Assembly: GCA_045655145.1 (NCBI GenBank)
Contig: JAZOOW010000138.1
Span: 1 to 34,826, forward strand
Direction of reading: 5' to 3'
Source: Eubacteriales bacterium
GTDB taxonomy: Bacteria > Bacillota > Clostridia > Oscillospirales > CAG-272
DNA: 34,826 nucleotides
Positions 27,601-34,826 of the stretch are shown here, in pieces. The notes below the pieces were generated by a model. The model was not told the origin of the DNA. It did not search any database and worked only from the letters and a program-made list of their open reading frames with translations. How positions within the stretch are numbered: position 1 is the first letter of the stretch; each line of letters begins with the position of its first letter. A program made the position numbers and the translations under genes.

Positions 27601-28002
27601 AAGGAAGCCGATGCGGCACTGCTTGAGCAGGCACTTGCCGCAGCAACAGCCGCCGCCACTACCGAGGCGCAGAGGGCCTACATCAGGGAGCTCCGTGAGC
27701 GCTTTGAAAACGGTGAGATCGATGCCGGCGGTGATCTCAGTTCCTTTGATGTCGCGGATGAGCGTATCCGGGAGATCCTTGACTCTTACAAGCTCCAGGC
27801 AACCGTAACCGATTCGGAGGCTACAGCCGGAGATGACTATGCTGCAACCAAGTATACGATCGATGACGGTTCTGTGGTGCTTGTCAGCTACGAGGGAGGA
27901 CATTCCTTCATTCTCAACTACAACGTGTATGCTGTGGATGTTACCGTCAACGGTATCACCTACACGATTGAACAGTACGGCTATCAGCCGATCACCATGT
28001 AA
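24640..28002 (+). CDS. Large secreted DUF5696-like protein (1120 aa) with a probable glycoside-hydrolase-like TIM barrel
   Basis: Sec signal and AGGAG RBS. Motifs GYLFYPDGGGA, VYGAD, RMPVFG, LTTF...GG..GF..L and VPFVGIVLHGY recalled from DUF5696 proteins; the family call needs HMM confirmation. Confidence 0.7.
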   Translation: MKKKILSAMLALLMAFGAFGVFCTVPVSVAAEEAAGGTNDSGSTSTTPGKEKYKTVVEGALSKSYASAQDKIDSDENMELLTVYGNYKLYANRYTGEVAVKDVLTGQILLTNPYNVPSYSSIQKDTRYQLLSQIAIGYTDNGVSNTFYSYNEAAARGQIKVKNIKNGIRVDYALGLEQANYLAPGMITQKRMEEVILSVMVDVSSYNTEDITYDYSYNSIATLPEDDLTFKVKSFLAPYILYDPWEEGLADITLTSYLEQFPFLKTAYDAWTAEVKSLGADLDGDGCVKEAEFNLLPKESQDRLLSFQKPLYVLQTGKTAKEKRVLENYLKELVPLYTYEERDKDHEETGYVSEEIEPPLFKLALEYTLNDNGLNISLPANSIRFNDELYKLEYISPVQFLGAGDLNDDGYLFYPDGGGAILYYEDLIKKSASSITGKVYGADYAYHEISGKHQESIRMPVFGSVTSKETTLLDSEGNPVTMPDANGNPVPVTTKTTTGFLAILHQGDAMANITAAWGGSRHNFASVYTTYYPRPKDTYELSGSVSVGGDNTWTVESSRKYTGSYKIQIVLLSDVSQKATLEAAGRTYFEASYVGMAKAYNNYLVNVTGVLKPLSSSDVKDGNLPLYIESFGTVPDTQKILSIPVEVNVPLTTFDNIKQMYKDLKENGITNVQFKLTGFANGGMYSTYPAKLNWMNEVGGADGFKSLLADARAQGYGIYPEFDFMYVTKEELFDGVDLQYAAARTIDNRYSNRRVYDATYQQFVSYFDICVTPSVVKEYYKNFSGAFMGYDPIGISISTLGSDLNSDFGARVPTNREDSKKIISSLLEQIDNDYSSVMTAGGNAYALAYTDHLLNAAIDSSRFASASRSVPFVGIVLHGYVNFSGSAINRAGNIKYQILKAIENGASVYFTLSYDNTDILKEFKDLSQYYSVNYDIWAFTEDLEGNRKPGELFDVYNAVNQAIGGLQTAKIVNHQFLIAERTRTEAEKEADAALLEQALAAATAAATTEAQRAYIRELRERFENGEIDAGGDLSSFDVADERIREILDSYKLQATVTDSEATAGDDYAATKYTIDDGSVVLVSYEGGHSFILNYNVYAVDVTVNGITYTIEQYGYQPITM

Positions 28003-28014
28003 GGGGGAAAGAAC

Positions 28015-29070
28015 ATGAGTAAAAAGCAATTAAATACAGCTGATCCTGTTCTTGCTCCTGCAACGGCAGGCTCGGGGATCGCGGGATTTTTCACCGCGAT
28101 CCTCGGAAAGGTCGTCAGCTTTTTCACGGGATCCGGCTCGCTTGAAAAGAGAAAGGCCAAGGCCGGTTGGGTCTTCGTTCTACCCTTTCTTATCGGACTT
28201 CTCTTTGTATACGCACCTGTTATCATTAACTCGCTGACTTACACCTTCTTCTCTATTGAGGATGTGATTGAAGAGGACCCCGTTACGTTTGAAACGATTG
28301 CGGAATACACGGTACTTCACTTCGAAGGATTGAAGTATTATTCAGAGGCTCTTTTCACGGATGTAGACTTCGTCCGCATTTTGGTTGAGGGTATCACACA
28401 GTTGATTATCGATATTCCCGCAATTGTTATCTTCTCGCTTTTTGTGGCTGTGATTCTGAACCAGAAGATGCTGGGACGTGCAGCGTTTCGCGCCATCTTC
28501 TTCATTCCCGTTATTCTTTCTACAGGCTTGATTGATGCAATTGATGCCAGCAACCCAATGGTGGATCATATGGGAAGTGCAGACGGTATTGATACCGGTA
28601 CGGGAGGTAGTGCATCGGCGGATATCGTTGATGCGGTGGATATTGAGAATCTCTTTGCCGGCATGAAGATCGGTACGGAGATCGTGGATTACGTTGCGGG
28701 CCTTGTTAATGATATTTATGCAATCGTTAACCGCTCCGGCGTACAGATTCTGATCTTCCTTGCCGGTCTGCAGTCCATTTCTCCTTCGATTTATGAGGCT
28801 TGTACGATTGACGGTGCAACAGCATGGGAAACCTTCTGGAAGATCACCTTCCCGATGATCAGTCCGATGATTCTGGTAAATGCGCTGTACACCATCATTG
28901 ACTCGTTCACCAGTGCATCGAACGGTGTTATGACCTATATCGCTGAAAAGACAGACCTACAGCTGGCATCTGCTATGGCATGGATCTACTTTGTGCTTAT
29001 TATGCTTATCATCGTAGTATTCTTGCTGATATTCTCGGCATTCGTCTTCTATCAGAAGCGTGATGCTTGA
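28015..29070 (+). CDS. Carbohydrate ABC transporter permease (MalF-like), second pair
   Basis: FRAIFFIPVIL, SGVQILIFLAGLQSI; EAA loop IYEACTIDGATAWETFWKITFP. Confidence 0.92.
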   Translation: MSKKQLNTADPVLAPATAGSGIAGFFTAILGKVVSFFTGSGSLEKRKAKAGWVFVLPFLIGLLFVYAPVIINSLTYTFFSIEDVIEEDPVTFETIAEYTVLHFEGLKYYSEALFTDVDFVRILVEGITQLIIDIPAIVIFSLFVAVILNQKMLGRAAFRAIFFIPVILSTGLIDAIDASNPMVDHMGSADGIDTGTGGSASADIVDAVDIENLFAGMKIGTEIVDYVAGLVNDIYAIVNRSGVQILIFLAGLQSISPSIYEACTIDGATAWETFWKITFPMISPMILVNALYTIIDSFTSASNGVMTYIAEKTDLQLASAMAWIYFVLIMLIIVVFLLIFSAFVFYQKRDA

Positions 29071-29087
29071 TGAAAGGAGGAATTCGA

Positions 29088-30119
29088 ATGGACGCAAATC
29101 AACACATTCCCGAGCAGCAAGCAATGCCTCGTGTCATGAAAGAAAGCAAAAACAAGATCCGCGTAGATTTCGAGCGTTCTCCTCTCTGGCAGCGCTTTAA
29201 GGCGAAATTCCTCTCGACCTATTTCTTCACGCAGATTGTATGGTATGTTTTCCGCCTGATCCTTTTGGTCGGTATTTCCTACGTTATTCTGTTCCCGTTC
29301 TTTGCAAAAATCTCCGGTTCCTTTATGTCAATGAGTGACTTCGTTGATGTAACGGTTCGCTTGATTCCCAAAAATTGGACATTGGACACCTACAAGGCCA
29401 TCTTGGTGGAAAACAACTTCCTGGCCGCATTTTTCAACACACTGCTTTTATCGCTCTCGACCGCACTTATTCAGACCTTGGTCTGTTGCTTTGTCGGATA
29501 CGGTCTTGCAAAGTTCCGTTTCCGCGGCAACCGATTGATCATGGTTCTGGTGGTCGTAACGTTGATCATTCCGCACAGAACTTTGGCTTTCTCCTTCCAG
29601 AGATTTTTCCTTGATTTTGATATTTGGGGAATTATCAGGCTCTTTGCGGGAGTCGGCATTGACCTTGGTAAGAGTAACTGGCCGCTGTACATTCTGTCGG
29701 CCACCGGTCTTGCTTTCAAAAACGGTTTGTTTATCTTCATGATGCGTCAGTTCTTCACGGGCGTTCCGGATGAGCTTGAGGAGTCTGCTTACGTAGACGG
29801 TTCCGGCGTTTACAGAACCTTCTTCCAGATTATTCTTCCACTTTCCGTCCCGATGATGATCACCATCTTCCTGCTTGCCTTCTCTTGGCAGTGGACGGAC
29901 AACTTCTATACGGAACTATTCAACAGCAATGCTGTTTTGATGCCTGCTGTAAATGCGATCCCTCCATCCTTGACTGAGGCCGCAAACAATGTATCTCTTT
30001 ATGGCTCTGCGATTCGTAATACCGCTGCTATTCTGATCATGGCACCGCTGGTCGTTATGTATCTGTTCTGCCAGAGATATCTCATTCAGGGTATTGAGCG
30101 TTCCGGTATCGTGGGTTAA
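29088..30119 (+). CDS. Carbohydrate ABC transporter permease (MalG-like), second pair
   Basis: GYGLAKFRFRG; EAA loop LEESAYVDG...RTF; CQRYLIQGI. Start ATG 29088 after an AAAGGAGG RBS. Confidence 0.92.
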   Translation: MDANQHIPEQQAMPRVMKESKNKIRVDFERSPLWQRFKAKFLSTYFFTQIVWYVFRLILLVGISYVILFPFFAKISGSFMSMSDFVDVTVRLIPKNWTLDTYKAILVENNFLAAFFNTLLLSLSTALIQTLVCCFVGYGLAKFRFRGNRLIMVLVVVTLIIPHRTLAFSFQRFFLDFDIWGIIRLFAGVGIDLGKSNWPLYILSATGLAFKNGLFIFMMRQFFTGVPDELEESAYVDGSGVYRTFFQIILPLSVPMMITIFLLAFSWQWTDNFYTELFNSNAVLMPAVNAIPPSLTEAANNVSLYGSAIRNTAAILIMAPLVVMYLFCQRYLIQGIERSGIVG

Positions 30120-30123
30120 TCAA

Positions 30124-30167
30124 ATCAAAAAAAGAAAACCGAGGTTTCTCGGTTTTCTTTTTTTGAT
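30124..30167. terminator. Bidirectional terminator between the uptake operon and the his operon
   Basis: 20-nt perfect inverted repeat ATCAAAAAAAGAAAACCGAG-GTTT-CTCGGTTTTCTTTTTTTGAT. Confidence 0.92.
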
Positions 30168-30174
30168 AAGTGAT

Positions 30175-30211
30175 AAGAGGCGTTGGGGTAAGCCGACGAC
30201 TCTTTTTCTTT
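30175..30211 (+). terminator. Second, weaker hairpin with U-tract
   Basis: AAGAGGCGTTGG-GGTAAG-CCGACGACTCTT followed by TTTCTTT; one mismatch and one G-U pair. Confidence 0.45.
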
Positions 30212-30863
30212 ATTTCATTTTCTCCTGCTTAACCTTGTGGTCGATAACGTGGCGGGAGGCCAGTTCATCACGGACCTCTTCCGTGGTGATGCCGAGCTCC
30301 ACCATCAAAACCATTACGTGATAGGCAAGATCCGCAATTTCGTACAGCACCTCGGCACGGTCATTTTTAGCACCGATAATGACTTCGGTGGCCTCTTCAC
30401 CAACCTTTTTGAGGATCTTGTCAAGCCCCTTTTCAAAAAGGTAGGTGGTGTAAGAGTTCGCAGGCATTTCCTTTTTGCGCGAGAGAAGCAGGGAATACAG
30501 GTTATCCAGCGCAAAGGGCTCCTTACAATCATCGGATGCAAAGACCTCATTTGTGAAACAGGAATCTGTGCCCGTATGGCATGCAGGTCCGTCCTTTTCT
30601 ACCTCTATGAGGAGCGCATCCAAGTCGCAATCTGCGGTGATCTTTTTTACATGCTGATAATTTCCCGATGTTTCGCCTTTCAGCCACAGGCATTGGCGGG
30701 AGCGGGAATAAAAGCAGGTAAGCTCCTTTTCCAGTGTGATGGCAAGGCTTTCGCGGTTCATATAGGCCAGCGTCAGCACATCGCCTGTTTTCTGATCTGT
30801 AACAATAGCAGGGATCAAGCCGTCCTTGTCAAATTTCAATTTGCTCTGGTCAAAATTCATCAT
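30210..30863 (-). CDS. hisIE: Bifunctional phosphoribosyl-AMP cyclohydrolase / phosphoribosyl-ATP diphosphatase
   Basis: [20 protein letters not shown]...SCF (HisI); [24 protein letters not shown] (HisE). Confidence 0.96.
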   Translation of the reverse strand: MMNFDQSKLKFDKDGLIPAIVTDQKTGDVLTLAYMNRESLAITLEKELTCFYSRSRQCLWLKGETSGNYQHVKKITADCDLDALLIEVEKDGPACHTGTDSCFTNEVFASDDCKEPFALDNLYSLLLSRKKEMPANSYTTYLFEKGLDKILKKVGEEATEVIIGAKNDRAEVLYEIADLAYHVMVLMVELGITTEEVRDELASRHVIDHKVKQEKMK

Positions 30864-31624
30864 GGTAATCTCCTTACGGGAATGCCGCTTTCAGCAAGCG
30901 TATTTTTCAGTCCTCTGATGGAAACCTCTTTGAAATGAAAGATAGATGCGGCAAGACCCGCATCCACGCGCGGTTGTGTTTTGAAAAGGGTAGTGAAATC
31001 TTCGATTTTTCCGGCACCGCCCGAGGCAATGATCGGAACCGAAACGCGCTCGGCTACCGCCGCGAGAAGGGGAAGGTCAAAGCCTTGTTTCACACCGTCG
31101 GTGTCAATGCTGTTAATGACCAACTCACCGGCACCTCTCGCAACGCCCTCTGCGGCCCATTCCAGTGCGTCACGGCCTGTGTCCTCACGTCCGCCCTTAG
31201 CGAATACGTGAAAGGAGCCGTCAACGCGCTTGACGTCCATAGAAAGCACCACGCATTGATCGCCATAGCGGCGAGCGGCCTCGTCGATCAGCGCAGGATT
31301 TGCAATTGCCCCCGAATTGACACTGACCTTGTCGGCACCGCATTTCAGCACGCGGCCAAAGTCATCAAGCGTGCGGATGCCACCGCCTACCGTCAAGGGA
31401 ATAAAGATTTCTGCCGCCACGCGGCGCAGGATGTCGGTAAACAGATTGCGTCCCTCGGCAGAGGCTGTAATGTCGTAAAAAACAAGCTCGTCTGCGCCTT
31501 GGTCATTGTAAAACCTTGCCAGCGTTACAGGATCCTCAACCTCGCGGATGCCGTCAAAGTTGACACCCTTTACGACGCGGCCGTCGCGCACATCAAGGCA
31601 GGGAATAATGCGTTTCATCAGCAT
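30860..31624 (-). CDS. hisF: Imidazole glycerol phosphate synthase cyclase subunit
   Basis: [39 protein letters not shown] and ASGGAG motifs; ATG 31624 with GAGGTG RBS. Confidence 0.96.
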   Translation of the reverse strand: MLMKRIIPCLDVRDGRVVKGVNFDGIREVEDPVTLARFYNDQGADELVFYDITASAEGRNLFTDILRRVAAEIFIPLTVGGGIRTLDDFGRVLKCGADKVSVNSGAIANPALIDEAARRYGDQCVVLSMDVKRVDGSFHVFAKGGREDTGRDALEWAAEGVARGAGELVINSIDTDGVKQGFDLPLLAAVAERVSVPIIASGGAGKIEDFTTLFKTQPRVDAGLAASIFHFKEVSIRGLKNTLAESGIPVRRLP

Positions 31625-32343
31625 GCGGAGCACCTCACTTCCGCAAGTGCACGCGTAAGATCGATCTTGCCTGTGTAGAGAGCCTTTCCGAGAATTGCAC
31701 CGCTGACGGATAAGGCTGCCAAGCGATGAAGCTCCTCGTAATAGGTGATGCCGCCCGAGGCAATAATGGAAAGGCCGCCGATCTTTGTAAGATCTTCATA
31801 GATTGCGAGGTTTGTGCCGCTTTCCGCGCCATCCTTGGAGATATCTGTATAGATCACGGTGCGGACACCGATCTCCGCCAAATGACGGCAGAAGGAAACG
31901 CTGTCAACATCAGTCACAGAAAGCCAGCCGTGAGTGGCTACCTTTCCGTCTGCGGCATCCACGCCAACCGCAATGCGTTCTCCGTAACGGAGAAGTGCCT
32001 CACGTAAAAATGCAGGATCCTCAAGGGCGGCCGTTCCTAAAATCACGCGTGCCGCGCCTGCTTCCAGATAACGGTCAATGCGGTCAAGAGTGCGGATGCC
32101 GCCGCCGATCTCTACTTGCATGCCGGTGCTCTCCAGAACGCGGCGCACCGTTTCAAAATTTGAGAGTGTACCGTCCTTGGCACCGTCAAGGTCTACCATA
32201 TGCAGATGCTTGGCACCTGCCTCGGAAAAAGCACTTGCGGTCGCCTCGGGGGTGCGATCATATACAGTCACACGGTCGTAGTCGCCACGCAAGAGACGCA
32301 CGACCTGTCCGTTTTTGATATCAATAGCGGGTAAGAGATACAT
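31618..32343 (-). CDS. hisA: ProFAR isomerase
   Basis: PAIDI, HMVDLDGA, IGGGIR, YTDISKDG, ASGG and GKALY motifs. Confidence 0.96.
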   Translation of the reverse strand: MYLLPAIDIKNGQVVRLLRGDYDRVTVYDRTPEATASAFSEAGAKHLHMVDLDGAKDGTLSNFETVRRVLESTGMQVEIGGGIRTLDRIDRYLEAGAARVILGTAALEDPAFLREALLRYGERIAVGVDAADGKVATHGWLSVTDVDSVSFCRHLAEIGVRTVIYTDISKDGAESGTNLAIYEDLTKIGGLSIIASGGITYYEELHRLAALSVSGAILGKALYTGKIDLTRALAEVRCSAC

Positions 32344-32355
32344 GGGCTGCTCCTA

Positions 32356-32961
32356 TCAAAGTTCTGCAAAAGCACGCAGGATGGAAAGGCCTACCTGCCC
32401 GCTTTTTTCCGGGTGAAATTGCGTTCCGAAGACAAGGCCGTTTTGCACAGCCCCCGTTATGGTCACGCCGTATTGTGAGGTTGCCGTTACGCTATCCTCG
32501 CAATCCACGGCATAGAAGGAATGCACATAATAGACAGCATCCCCCTCCTTGACATAACGGAGCAGAGGGGACGGGCGTGTGATGCGCAGGGAATTCCAGC
32601 CCATATGCGGCACCTTAAGCGGCTCACGCAGATCGTCGGCAATGGAACAGACGGTTCCGCGGATAAGGCCGAGCCCCTCGTGCTCCCCATATTCGTAGCT
32701 TTTGTCGAAAAGGAGCTGCATGCCGAGGCAAATGCCAAGCAAGGGGCGGTCAGTAGCCACCTCTTTGATGACGGGGATCAATCCCGTGGCGGCGAGCCGT
32801 GCCGCCGCATCGCCAAACGCGCCCACGCCGGGAAGGATCACGCGGTCGGCGGCCAGGATCTCGCTTGGGTTGGCCGTCACACGACATTCCTGCCCGATGG
32901 CGGCAAGTGAGCCCGTCAGCGAAAAAAGATTTCCAACTCCGTAGTCGATAATGGCGATCAT
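32356..32961 (-). CDS. hisH: Imidazole glycerol phosphate synthase glutaminase subunit
   Basis: DYGVGNL, LPGVGAF, GICLGMQ, PHMGWN, YYVHSF and QFHPEKS motifs. Confidence 0.97.
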   Translation of the reverse strand: MIAIIDYGVGNLFSLTGSLAAIGQECRVTANPSEILAADRVILPGVGAFGDAAARLAATGLIPVIKEVATDRPLLGICLGMQLLFDKSYEYGEHEGLGLIRGTVCSIADDLREPLKVPHMGWNSLRITRPSPLLRYVKEGDAVYYVHSFYAVDCEDSVTATSQYGVTITGAVQNGLVFGTQFHPEKSGQVGLSILRAFAEL

Positions 32962-33548
32962 AAAAGAACTCCTTTGGTCGAGAGAAGGGAGTCGCCGAGC
33001 CGCGGATCGGTAGAAAGTGCGGCACGGAGCGCGCGTGCAAGGGATTTGAAAACACCTTCAATGATGTGGTGCGAATTGTTGCCTGCCAAGCGGCGGATGT
33101 GCAGATTGATACCTGCTTCGCGCACAAAGGCAGCCATAAACTCCTCCACAAGCTCCGTGTCAAAGCTACCGACCTTCTGTGTGGGGATGGGGCAATCAAA
33201 GGCAAGATAAGCCCGTCCGCCAACGTCTACGGCGGTCAGAATCAGGGCCTCGTCCATCGGGAGGATCATGTGGCCGTAGCGCGATATGCCGCGCCCCTCG
33301 CCCACAGCCTCGCGTAATGCGCGGCCAAGGCAAATGCCGATGTCCTCAACGGTGTGGTGATCGTCCACCTCTGTGTCGCCCGTGGCACGCAGGGTCAGGT
33401 CAAAGGAGCCGTGCTTGGCAAAGAGCGAGAGCATGTGGTCGAGAAAGCCAACGCCGCTTTGAATGTCGTATTTTCCCTCGCCGTCAAGTGTGAGTGACAG
33501 AGAAATGGCAGTTTCACCGGTCTTTCGCGCAATATTAGCACTTCTCAT
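32958..33548 (-). CDS. hisB: Imidazoleglycerol-phosphate dehydratase
   Basis: RKTGET, FLDHML, DDHHTVED, PMDEAL, NSHHIIE and STKG motifs. Confidence 0.97.
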   Translation of the reverse strand: MRSANIARKTGETAISLSLTLDGEGKYDIQSGVGFLDHMLSLFAKHGSFDLTLRATGDTEVDDHHTVEDIGICLGRALREAVGEGRGISRYGHMILPMDEALILTAVDVGGRAYLAFDCPIPTQKVGSFDTELVEEFMAAFVREAGINLHIRRLAGNNSHHIIEGVFKSLARALRAALSTDPRLGDSLLSTKGVLL

Positions 33549-34609
33549 GACTGTTTTTCCTCCAAAATTTGTTTTGTAGCGGTGAGGAATGCTTCCATTT
33601 CCTCCTCCGAGCCGATGGTGATTCGGATGTAATCGGGAATGTGCGGATCACCTAAATAACGAACAAGAATGCCGCGCTCACGCAGGGCCAGATAAAGGTC
33701 ACGTCCGTGCATGAAGGGGGGGCTTGCAAGCAGGAAATTTGCACGGGAGTCTGTCACCGCAAACCCAAGGGCGATAAGCTCTTTTTTCGTTTTTTCGCGT
33801 GTGCAGATGATGCGTTTCGTGCAATCACGGAAATAATCGGGATCGCGCAGGGCAGCGGTTGCCGCCAAAATAGAAAGACGGTTGAGGTTGTAGGGGTTGA
33901 ATGAAAACTTCAAACGGTTCAAATCGTCAATCAGCTCGGCACATCCGATGGCATAGCCAACACGCGCGCCTGCCAGATTGCGCGATTTTGAGAAGGTACC
34001 CACGACCAAAAGATTATCGTACTTTTTGGTCAAGGAAATTGCACTCTCGCCGCCAAAATCGATGTACGCCTCGTCAACGATCAGAACGCCGGGGGCCTTT
34101 ATGGCCAGTGCCTCGATTTCGGAGGGGGTTATATAGAGGCCTGTCTGTGCATTGGGGTTGGCGATCACGATGCTGCCACGCTCGGTCTTTGCAAGCGTCT
34201 CCATATCAATGGAAAGGTCGGCTTTCATCGGGCAGGGGGTAAAGGGAATGCCGAAGAAGGCGGCAAATACGGGATAAAAGCCGTAAGAAAGCGCCGGTGC
34301 CGTAAATCCGTTCTCGCCAAATGCGTGGAAGGCAAAGGCCAAAACCTCGTCACTGCCGTTCCCGACAAAGACGGAGGAGGTGGGAACGCCGTAGGTATCC
34401 GCCAGCGCATCAATGAGCGTAGCCGCGGTGGGATCTGAATACAGACGGAGTGAGGAAACGGCCTCGCGGTCGATCGCCTCCATAACGGTGGGGGCAGGGG
34501 GATAGGGGGATTCATTTGTGTTGAGCTTGATATACTGCTGATCCTTCGGCTGTTCTCCCGGAACGTAAGGCTCGATGCCCTGCAAGGCAGATGAGAAAAA
34601 ACGGCTCAT
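33545..34609 (-). CDS. hisC: Histidinol-phosphate aminotransferase
   Basis: YVPGEQP, KLNTNE, GNGSDE, ANPN, DEAYIDF and TFSKSRNLAGARVG motifs; ATG 34609 with AAGGAG RBS. Confidence 0.96.
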   Translation of the reverse strand: MSRFFSSALQGIEPYVPGEQPKDQQYIKLNTNESPYPPAPTVMEAIDREAVSSLRLYSDPTAATLIDALADTYGVPTSSVFVGNGSDEVLAFAFHAFGENGFTAPALSYGFYPVFAAFFGIPFTPCPMKADLSIDMETLAKTERGSIVIANPNAQTGLYITPSEIEALAIKAPGVLIVDEAYIDFGGESAISLTKKYDNLLVVGTFSKSRNLAGARVGYAIGCAELIDDLNRLKFSFNPYNLNRLSILAATAALRDPDYFRDCTKRIICTREKTKKELIALGFAVTDSRANFLLASPPFMHGRDLYLALRERGILVRYLGDPHIPDYIRITIGSEEEMEAFLTATKQILEEKQS

Positions 34610-34610
34610 A

Positions 34611-34826
34611 TTACTGATCTCCTTCAAGACGGGAGAGAATACTGCGTGCGTGCGCGTCCAGCCCTTCACGGTGTGCAAAATCGGCTACGCGCTCTCCTAC
34701 ACGGCACAGCTCCTCACGCGGATAATAGAGATAGGAGGTCTTCTTGACAAAATCGTCTACCGACAGAGGGGAGGAGAACTTGGCACTGCCACCTGTCGGC
34801 AGGGTGTGGTTGGGGCCTGCAAAATA
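34611..34826 (-). CDS. hisD: Histidinol dehydrogenase, C-terminal 71 aa (truncated by the window edge, absent from the ORF track)
   Basis: Manual translation gives YFAGPNHTLPTGGSAKFSSPLSVDDFVKK...EGLDAHARS, ending in TAA at 34613-34611. Confidence 0.95.
   Translation of the reverse strand, partial: YFAGPNHTLPTGGSAKFSSPLSVDDFVKKTSYLYYPREELCRVGERVADFAHREGLDAHARSILSRLEGDQ

Noticed and set aside
16610-30210. Uptake operon as a mobile genomic island, or a CRISPR/tRNA in the long spacer
   Set aside because: No integrase, transposase, flanking direct repeats, repeat-spacer periodicity or cloverleaf was seen

Overview
This is a chromosomal window from a moderately GC-rich bacterium, most likely a spore-forming member of Clostridia (Bacillota); the taxonomy is inferred from gene content and promoter style. 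From left to right it contains: (1) a minus-strand dcw cluster, mraZ-rsmH-ftsL-like-spoVD/ftsI-murE-murF-mraY-ftsW/spoVE-murG, with no murD; (2) a divergent hypothetical-ispD-ispF unit, rpe, an orphan HAMP histidine kinase and gltX; (3) a ~600 bp AT-rich control region followed by a 12.8 kb seven-gene operon; (4) a convergent his operon, hisD (partial)-C-B-H-A-F-IE. The operon encodes a giant 1088 aa solute-binding protein with two N-terminal CBM-like modules, a MalF/MalG-type permease pair, an NHL-propeller/TPR/Yip1-like membrane protein, an 1120 aa secreted DUF5696-like protein and a second permease pair. It has no ATPase, regulator or recognisable hydrolase, and it is the best candidate for a poorly characterised system, possibly a multi-subunit Gram-positive glycan capture/import machine. 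Other notable signals are an intrinsic terminator overlapped by a sigmaE-like promoter inside the dcw cluster, a structured leader ahead of the uptake operon, a structured ispF-rpe intergenic element, and tandem promoters with a direct repeat at the kinase. I saw no rRNA, tRNA, CRISPR array or mobile element. All domain calls are by-eye motif recognition, not database searches.
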